Notes under the pieces: generated by a model
Database searches by the model: none
The model's input: the letters and a program-made list of their open reading frames with translations, nothing else
Told to the model about the DNA's origin: nothing
Made by a program: the position numbers and the translations under genes
Shown here: piece by piece, positions 38,416 to 43,874 of the stretch
Numbering within the stretch: the first letter of the stretch is position 1
Layout of the letters: each line of letters opens with the position of its first letter
Origin: an uncultured Gammaproteobacteria bacterium
Lineage (GTDB): Bacteria; Pseudomonadota; Gammaproteobacteria; CAYNNN01
Length of the DNA: 43,874 bases
NCBI GenBank assembly: GCA_964398665.1
Contig: CAYNNN010000014.1
Span: 1 to 43,874 of the forward strand
Reading direction: 5' to 3'

Positions 38416-38949
38416 ATGCCAGCTAAGCAGGTGTTGGATTGTGATGCGCAATGGGCACGAGCGTCTGCTTTGATGGATAACTCAAGATATAAAAAGGCGG
38501 CGGAGCTTTTTGCAGAATGTGCCCGGCGTGGGCATATAAATTCGCAGCTTAGTTTGGGTTATTGCTATGACTATGGGTTGGGGCTACCAAGAAATAGGCA
38601 AATAGGGCTTTATTGGTATAGGCTTGCCTACCGGATAGGTGTGGGCTTTGATAAGGCAATTGCTGCAAATAACATTGGCGTAACCTATCTTGATTGGGGG
38701 AACTATGGACGTGCGTTATTTTGGCTGCGTCGTGCAGTTAATACGCAACCTCCTGAGGAGGATGCACGTTATCTGATAGCTAAAATCTACGCACGCCACC
38801 CCAGGAGTAAGCACTGCGCATTGCGCGAACTGCACTTTTTGCTGGAAAAGGCCAACCCTAATCTTGTAACAGAGTCTACCCGAGAACTCGCTCAAGAGCT
38901 GTTGAATGATCTTACTAAGAAACAACCCCCACCCCCTACCACCCCTTAG
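38416..38949 (+). CDS. Sel1-like repeat (SLR/TPR) protein; putative immunity protein for cassette D
   Basis: 177 aa. Sel1 signatures (LGYCYDYGLGLPRNRQIGLYWYRLAY; NNIGVTYLDWGNYGRALFWLRRA). Sits immediately downstream of the toxin tip. C-terminus ...KKQPPPPTTP. Confidence 0.6.
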   Translation: MPAKQVLDCDAQWARASALMDNSRYKKAAELFAECARRGHINSQLSLGYCYDYGLGLPRNRQIGLYWYRLAYRIGVGFDKAIAANNIGVTYLDWGNYGRALFWLRRAVNTQPPEEDARYLIAKIYARHPRSKHCALRELHFLLEKANPNLVTESTRELAQELLNDLTKKQPPPPTTP

Positions 38950-39014
38950 GCTGGAAGTCCTTGGGGGATTGCAGGGCAAAGACGTTATCGTGATCCCGCA
39001 TCGTCGGCGTCCAG
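38932..39014. repeat. Second copy of a ~110-bp segment (first copy 36648-36760) comprising the 3' end of gene 36652-37272 plus flanking DNA, here with a 36-bp internal deletion
   Basis: CCCTACCACCCCTTAGGCTG(G/A)AA(G/A)(T/C)CCTTGGGGGATTGCAGGGCAAAGACGTTATCGTG is shared. Both copies resume homology at CCCGCATCGTCGGCGTCCA. Confidence 0.85.
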
Positions 39015-39857
39015 CTACCCCATTACCTCCTCCAGGGTGCTGGCCGTCAGGATGCGTTCCGCCCAACTTTCCAGTTGCGCAGCGTCAGCACCCTCTAGCC
39101 GGGCCTGTGCCCACGCAGGCAACACGCCGAACTTCAGCCGCAACTGCTTACGTAGCAACAGTGTCTCACCTTCGGCCTTGCCTCGGGCTTCACCTCGGGC
39201 CTCACCTCGGGCCTCACCCTCCTGGAAGGCTTCGCGGTAGAAAGGGTTATCGCGCAAATTCAATGTAACGGGCATGGTGTCTATCGCTCGCTTGACCAAT
39301 GGCTCTAGCTTAGGCCGCAAGCCCAACAAGTTCAATAGGCATTCCAGCGCATCGCCACGCGCCTTGGTCTCCAGTTGCGCAATGCGGCCTAGCACTTCCT
39401 GCACCACCGCTGCCCCGTCATGCAGATTGCACAGCAGGGCCAGCAGGGCATCGCTCACGCTCGGCCCGGCCAGCAACTGCCGACAGTCCAGGGTGCGTAT
39501 GTCCACCAGGTCATAGCGATAGCGCAGGTTGGGCAGTTCCAGACTGCGGCTCATGCGGCCCAGGGGCCGGTGGCCCACATAGAGCACCTGCTGGAAGATT
39601 TGAGCCTTGGGATAGCACTGCTGGAGCAGGGCGTAATATTCCAGCATCCGCCAGGACATCTTGTGGGTGGTGGTGCTTTGCAGTTCCAGGTGATAGATGC
39701 GTCCGTCCGCTAGACGCAGCACCAGGTCTGGAACTCGGCGGCGGATGCTGGCAAACTCGGCATTGAGATCGGCCACGGCTTGCTGGCCGGTGAGGAGCAA
39801 CAGCAGTTGGCTGGGCTGATCCTGAAAGAGCTGTTTGAGGGTGAGGTCGTAACGCAT
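39015..39857 (-). CDS. Rpn/YhgA-like PD-(D/E)xK recombination-promoting nuclease / putative transposase with DUF4351-like C-terminal domain
   Basis: 280 aa. N-terminal DLVLRLADGRIYHLELQ (PD-(D/E)xK-like). C-terminal FQEGEARGEARGEARGKAEGETLLLRKQLRLKFGVLPAWAQARLEGADAAQLESWAERILTASTLEEV is the characteristic tail of this family. Confidence 0.65.
   Translation of the reverse strand: MRYDLTLKQLFQDQPSQLLLLLTGQQAVADLNAEFASIRRRVPDLVLRLADGRIYHLELQSTTTHKMSWRMLEYYALLQQCYPKAQIFQQVLYVGHRPLGRMSRSLELPNLRYRYDLVDIRTLDCRQLLAGPSVSDALLALLCNLHDGAAVVQEVLGRIAQLETKARGDALECLLNLLGLRPKLEPLVKRAIDTMPVTLNLRDNPFYREAFQEGEARGEARGEARGKAEGETLLLRKQLRLKFGVLPAWAQARLEGADAAQLESWAERILTASTLEEVMG
39181..39216. repeat. 12-bp tandem repeat (CCTCGGGC[C/T]TCA)x3 inside the Rpn-like gene, encoding GEARGEARGEARG
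   Basis: Read directly. A degenerate fourth unit lies upstream. Confidence 0.9.
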
Positions 39858-39992
39858 GGGCTAACGGTAGCAGAGTTGCGCCAACCGGTAACTGTCAAGG
39901 AAGACGTCGCGCATTCGCGCATCGTGGCGCTGAGCATTGTGCTTGACCCGGACGATACGGCTTCGTAGAATCCCGCCTCTCCCAGTTTGACC

Positions 39993-40066
39993 GGTTACGT
40001 AGCTCAGGCGGTTAGAGCGCGGCACTCATAATGCTGAGGTCGGTGGTTCAAGTCCACCCGTAACCA
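39993..40066 (+). tRNA. tRNA-Met (anticodon CAT; elongator-type with paired 1:72; could alternatively be tRNA-Ile2/lysidine), CCA not encoded
   Basis: Cloverleaf: acceptor GGTTACG/CGTAACC; D-arm GCTCAGGCGGTTAGAGC; anticodon stem CGGCA/TGCTG with loop CTCATAA; T-arm GGTGGTTCAAGTCCACC; discriminator A. Confidence 0.85.
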
Positions 40067-40195
40067 CTCCCCATCCAGCCCGCTTCGGGCGACTATCTTG
40101 CATAAACCAGGATAAATTCCTGCCGGGCATTTGCAGCCTCTCCAAGGCCGTGCTATAGAACTTCAGTATTATTGGGCCAGATTCTGTGGGGTAGT

Positions 40196-42610
40196 ATGGG
40201 CGAACGTTATCGGGTTGCCGTCATCGGCTCGGGGCCTGCAGGCCTGAGCGCCGCTGCCCGGGCGGCAGAACGGCGGTTGTCACACGTGTTGCTGGAGGCT
40301 ACGCCTTATCTGGCCAGCACGATTTACCGCTACCAGAAAGGCAAGCACGTCATGGACGAACCCACCATTCTGCCCTTGCGCAGTCCGGTGAGTTTTGCTG
40401 CCGGGACACGGGAACATATCCTCGAAGGCTGGGACAAGCGGCTGCGGGAATTGCAGGTCAATGTCCGTCACGGGGCTGAAGTCACGGCCATTACCGGGCA
40501 GAAGGGCGCTTTTGAGCTGAAACTGGCCAACGGATCGTCGTTACAGGCAGAATATGTCGTCCTGGCCATCGGGTTGCAGGGCAACTTGCGTAAACTGGGT
40601 GCTCCGGGGGAAGATTTGCCCTGGGTGCAGTATCAGCTTGATGATCCCAAGGAATACAGCGGGGAAACCATCGTGGTGGTGGGTGCGGGTGATGCGGCGA
40701 TTGAAAACGCCATCGCCCTGGCCGAGCAAAACACGGTGGTGATGCTCAATCGCGGGGATGAATTCAACCGTGCCAAGCAGGGCAACCTCAACAGCATCAA
40801 CAAAGCCATCAAGGACGGTCAGATTGAGTGCTACTTCAAGACCGGGGTTGCGCGGGCCGAGAATTTTGCCCAGCCCGATGCCGAGGGTCGGCCCGGACAG
40901 ATGGTGCTGAAAACCGCGACCGGGCAGGCCGAAGTTGCCTGCCATCGGGTAATCGCCCGTCTGGGGGCAACCCCGCCCCGCAAATTTGTCGAGTCCTGCG
41001 GGGTAAAATTCCCCAGTAATGATCCCGCTGCCGTACCTGCCGTCAGCGCTACCTACGAATCCAACGTGCCGGGCTTGTATATCATCGGGGCGCTGGCGGG
41101 CTTCCCGCTCATCAAGCAGGCGATGAACCAAGGCTACGAAGTCATCGAGTTCATCGAAGGTCATACGGTGGAACCGGCCGACGAGCCTTTGCTACGCGAT
41201 AAGTTCAAGGCGATTCCGGGCTTCAGGAGCGTGGATGAAACCTTGGGCCGGATTCAGCGCGAAGTCCCGGTGCTCTCCGGGCTGACCAAGTTGCAGCTGC
41301 GGGAATTCATGCTGGACAGCAAGGTCCACGCACCCAAGCCGGGCGAGATCATCTTCAAACGCAACGACTACACCAACAGCTTCTATTCCATCCTCACCGG
41401 TGAGGTCAACCTGCAGATCAACCCCAAGGAGCCTTCGCAAGTTATCAATCTGCGTCAGGGGCAGTTTTTTGGGGAAATGGGTCTGATCTCCGGGCGGCGT
41501 CGTTCGGTGACGGCGCTGGCCGGGCAGGGTTGTGCGCTCATCGAAACCCCGCGCCGTTCCATGAACAAGCTGATTAGCTCGGTGGAATCGGTGCGCCGCA
41601 CCATAGACGAAGTATTTCTGCTCCGGGCCATTCAATCCCAGATCGCACCGGGCGCCAGCGTGGAGGAACTGCAGGAGGTCATACTCACTGCAACCATTCA
41701 GCGTTTCAACGCCGGTGATGTCCTGTTTCGGGAAGGCGACCCTGGTGATAGCCTGCACCTGATTCGGGTGGGGTCAGTGACGGTGGCACGCAATATCGGT
41801 GGCAAGGAAACCGTTTTTGCCTACGTGCCTGCTGGAAAATATATCGGGGAAATGGCCTTGCTGGCCGAAGGGCCGCGCACGGCCACGGTGCGGGCCACGG
41901 TGGCAACCGAAACCATCCGGCTGGACGGTACGGCCTTCAAGCAATTGTTGCTGCGGGTGCCCAGCCTGCGCCAGCGGCTGCGCAAGCAGTTTGAAACACG
42001 GGCCAAGGTGGCCGTGCAGGTTTCCGAACGGCCGGAAACCGGTAGTGTGCTGTCGTTCCTGATTGCGCAAGGCTTGGGCGAGGCAACCGATGTCCTGCTG
42101 ATCGACGAATCGCTCTGTGTCCGGTGCGATAACTGCGAGAAAGCCTGTGGTGAGACACACGGGGGCGTGTCCCGGCTTAACCGTGAGGCAGGGCCAACCT
42201 ATGCGACCCTGCATGTGCCTACCTCCTGTCGGCATTGCGAGCATCCGCACTGCATGAAGGATTGTCCCCCGGATGCCATTCACCGTGCTCCCAATGGCGA
42301 GGTGTATATCGCCGATAACTGCATCGGTTGCGGCAACTGCCAGCGTAATTGCCCCTACGGTGTGATTCAGATGGGGGTGGTAGGCAAACCCAGACAAAGC
42401 GTGTTGTGGTGGCTGCTGACCGGGCTGGGTCATGCGCCCGGTGCCGAGTGGCATCCGGAAAAGCCCAAGGATGGTAGCCAGTTGGCCAAAAAGGCGGTCA
42501 AATGCGACATGTGTAAGGACTTGAAGGGGGGGCCGGCCTGCGTGCGGGCCTGTCCTACCGGGGCAGCCCTGCGGGTCAGTCCCGAACAGTTCATGAATGT
42601 AGTGCGCTAA
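40196..42610 (+). CDS. Multidomain redox protein: N-terminal NAD(P)/FAD-binding oxidoreductase (two Rossmann GxGxxG/A motifs) + two cyclic-nucleotide-binding (CAP-family) domains + C-terminal ferredoxin module with four CxxCxxCxxxC(P) [4Fe-4S] motifs
   Basis: VAVIGSGPAGLSAA and IVVVGAGDAAIENA dinucleotide-binding motifs. cNMP phosphate-binding cassettes FGEMGLISGRRRSVTALA and IGEMALLAEGPRTATVRAT. Cys motifs CVRCDNCEKAC, CRHCEHPHCMKDCP, CIGCGNCQRNCP, CDMCKDLKGGPACVRACP. Start placed at ATG 40196 (the track used upstream TTG 40172). Confidence 0.75.
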   Translation: MGERYRVAVIGSGPAGLSAAARAAERRLSHVLLEATPYLASTIYRYQKGKHVMDEPTILPLRSPVSFAAGTREHILEGWDKRLRELQVNVRHGAEVTAITGQKGAFELKLANGSSLQAEYVVLAIGLQGNLRKLGAPGEDLPWVQYQLDDPKEYSGETIVVVGAGDAAIENAIALAEQNTVVMLNRGDEFNRAKQGNLNSINKAIKDGQIECYFKTGVARAENFAQPDAEGRPGQMVLKTATGQAEVACHRVIARLGATPPRKFVESCGVKFPSNDPAAVPAVSATYESNVPGLYIIGALAGFPLIKQAMNQGYEVIEFIEGHTVEPADEPLLRDKFKAIPGFRSVDETLGRIQREVPVLSGLTKLQLREFMLDSKVHAPKPGEIIFKRNDYTNSFYSILTGEVNLQINPKEPSQVINLRQGQFFGEMGLISGRRRSVTALAGQGCALIETPRRSMNKLISSVESVRRTIDEVFLLRAIQSQIAPGASVEELQEVILTATIQRFNAGDVLFREGDPGDSLHLIRVGSVTVARNIGGKETVFAYVPAGKYIGEMALLAEGPRTATVRATVATETIRLDGTAFKQLLLRVPSLRQRLRKQFETRAKVAVQVSERPETGSVLSFLIAQGLGEATDVLLIDESLCVRCDNCEKACGETHGGVSRLNREAGPTYATLHVPTSCRHCEHPHCMKDCPPDAIHRAPNGEVYIADNCIGCGNCQRNCPYGVIQMGVVGKPRQSVLWWLLTGLGHAPGAEWHPEKPKDGSQLAKKAVKCDMCKDLKGGPACVRACPTGAALRVSPEQFMNVVR

Positions 42611-42621
42611 CGGAGACCACG

Positions 42622-43689
42622 ATGCACGAGTCATTTCTGGTTTATCGGCAGTTTCGCTTCCTCAAGCTGGGGTTGGGCCTGGCCCTGCTGGCCCTGCTGG
42701 CCTATCTCCTGCATCAGCCGGCACAGATGCCCAACGGCGGCACCTGGCTGGGTTACGTGCTGGGAACGTTGGGGGCCGGGTTGATTCTCTGGCTCACCTG
42801 GCTGGGGATGCGTAAGCGTCAGTACCGGTCCCATCTGGGCAGCGTGCAGGCCTGGCTGTCGGCGCACGTCTATCTGGGTCTGGCCCTGGTCGTGGTGGCC
42901 ACCCTGCACACCGGGCTGCAATTTGGCTGGAACGTGCATACCCTGGCCTACGTGCTGATGTGCCTGGTCATCATCAGCGGGGTGATCGGGGTGATTTTTT
43001 ACCTGCGTTACCCGAGTCTGATGACCCAGAACCGCGCCGGTGCCAGTCGGGCTGCCATGATTGAGGAAATGGCCGAGCTGGATCGCACTGCGCTGGCGCT
43101 GGCGGATGAAATTGACCGGGAAGGTAACAAAGCCAATGCGCTGCGGGGTAACAGCAGTAAACAGAAGATCCATCAGACGGTGTTGCGTTCAGTCCAGCGT
43201 AGCGCTTTGAGTCGCACCCTCTGGGGCCAGTTGCGCGGTCCCGGTCAGGCAGCCTCGCAGCTGGATGGGGCCCAGAAATCCCTGGGTGAGCTGCGCGCCA
43301 GTCTGGGTTCTGCGGCCGAGACGACCGTGACCGGCCCCACGCTGATCAGCGACAGCGTGGGTATGACGCAGGCTTTTGACATGGCGATGCTGCAAGAGCG
43401 GTTGGCGGGGCAGGCTACGGAGCAAAAAGCGGCAGCGGCAGCACCGACCTTGAAAACCGAAGCGTTCGTGGTCGGGGAGCTGGCACGCACCCTGGATGCC
43501 AAGCAGGCTGAGCGGCTGCGCAAGCTCATGGAATTGCTGGCACGCAAAAAGCTGTTGGTCTATCGGGTCCAGCAGGATCTGCAATATCAGGCGCTGATGG
43601 AAATCTGGTTATATTTTCACGTGCCGGTGACCTTTGCCCTGTGGGCAGCCCTGCTGGCGCATGTGCTCAGCGTGTTTTTTTACTGGTGA
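42622..43689 (+). CDS. Integral membrane protein: 4 N-terminal TM helices with conserved His (H-x13-H in one helix), long cytoplasmic coiled coil, C-terminal TM anchor
   Basis: 355 aa. Hydrophobic helices (LGLGLALLALLAYLLH; WLGYVLGTLGAGLILWLTWL; AHVYLGLALVVVATLH; LAYVLMCLVIISGVIGVIFYL). The Ala/Gln/Leu-rich central region is predicted coiled coil. C-terminal WLYFHVPVTFALWAALLAHVLSVFFYW. 12 bp after the upstream gene. Confidence 0.55.
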   Translation: MHESFLVYRQFRFLKLGLGLALLALLAYLLHQPAQMPNGGTWLGYVLGTLGAGLILWLTWLGMRKRQYRSHLGSVQAWLSAHVYLGLALVVVATLHTGLQFGWNVHTLAYVLMCLVIISGVIGVIFYLRYPSLMTQNRAGASRAAMIEEMAELDRTALALADEIDREGNKANALRGNSSKQKIHQTVLRSVQRSALSRTLWGQLRGPGQAASQLDGAQKSLGELRASLGSAAETTVTGPTLISDSVGMTQAFDMAMLQERLAGQATEQKAAAAAPTLKTEAFVVGELARTLDAKQAERLRKLMELLARKKLLVYRVQQDLQYQALMEIWLYFHVPVTFALWAALLAHVLSVFFYW

Positions 43690-43696
43690 GGTAGGC

Positions 43697-43874
43697 CGTG
43701 CGGAGTTTAGTCAGAACGATTACCCGGCGCGGCAAGGCCGGTGTTACCCGGCAGGAACGCAAGGCCAGTGGCGAGTTTCTGGCCATTGGTCGGGCCACCA
43801 ATCAGGACGTGCTCCTGACTGACCTGCGGGTTGCCCTGAATCACGCCGAAATTCACCTCACCCAGGGTGGCGGC
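43697..43874 (+). CDS. FHA-domain protein (N-terminal fragment; continues beyond window)
   Basis: GTG 43697: (M)RSLVRTITRRGKAGVTRQERKASGEFLAIGRATNQDVLLTDLRVALNHAEIHLTQGGG. This matches the FHA pattern (IGR...D..L.D..VSR.HA.I). Confidence 0.45.

Noticed and set aside
39993-40066. Possibility that the tRNA is an initiator tRNA-fMet
   Set aside because: Positions 1 and 72 are base-paired (G-C), and the anticodon stem lacks the three consecutive G-C pairs typical of initiator tRNA. An elongator Met (or Ile2-lysidine) is more consistent.
1-43874. CRISPR arrays, rRNA genes, prophage structural genes, integrases
   Set aside because: No short-spacer direct-repeat arrays, no rRNA-like conserved blocks, and no integrase/recombinase ORF other than the IS256 transposase and the Rpn-like protein were seen anywhere in the window.

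Overview
This is a high-GC window that reads as gammaproteobacterial chromosome, judged from gene order and content. It carries the conserved lptD-surA-pdxA-rsmA(ksgA) core block.

Following rsmA is a complete Type I restriction-modification operon, hsdM-hsdS-fic-hsdR, with a Fic/DOC AMPylase gene embedded between hsdS and hsdR. hsdS contains a (TAEL)x3 12-bp tandem repeat and a 25-bp inverted-repeat insertion.

Next come a SRPBCC (RatA/Coq10-like) gene translationally coupled to a livKHMGF branched-chain amino-acid ABC transporter operon, then smpB. A di-haem cytochrome c peroxidase follows, then a two-component system (sensor kinase plus a double-REC response regulator) with an SPFH/band-7 protein and a SAM methyltransferase.

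The most unusual part is a roughly 9.5-kb, compositionally patchy accessory segment (about 30.2-39.9 kb) that abuts a tRNA-Met(CAT) gene. It holds four tandem Rhs/YD-repeat C-terminal 'orphan' toxin cassettes. Each has a conserved core end (DPxGL-type motif), a different toxin tip (HicA-like, HExxH metallopeptidase-like, and two related small uncharacterised tips) and a low-GC putative immunity gene. Several cassettes are frameshifted in the shared core.

The array also contains an IS256-family insertion, a PD-(D/E)xK-like gene, an Rpn/YhgA-like nuclease/transposase gene carrying a GEARG tandem repeat, and duplicated 3' gene-end remnants.

Downstream of the tRNA is an 800-aa fusion protein: an NAD(P)/FAD-type reductase, two cyclic-nucleotide-binding domains and four ferredoxin-type [4Fe-4S] motifs. 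It is followed by a multi-TM His-rich/coiled-coil membrane protein and an FHA-domain gene. This may be a cNMP-gated redox module that has not been described.

The left edge holds a partial sensor histidine kinase, a lipoprotein, and an unusual ABC1/UbiB-kinase::CFA-synthase-like methyltransferase fusion.
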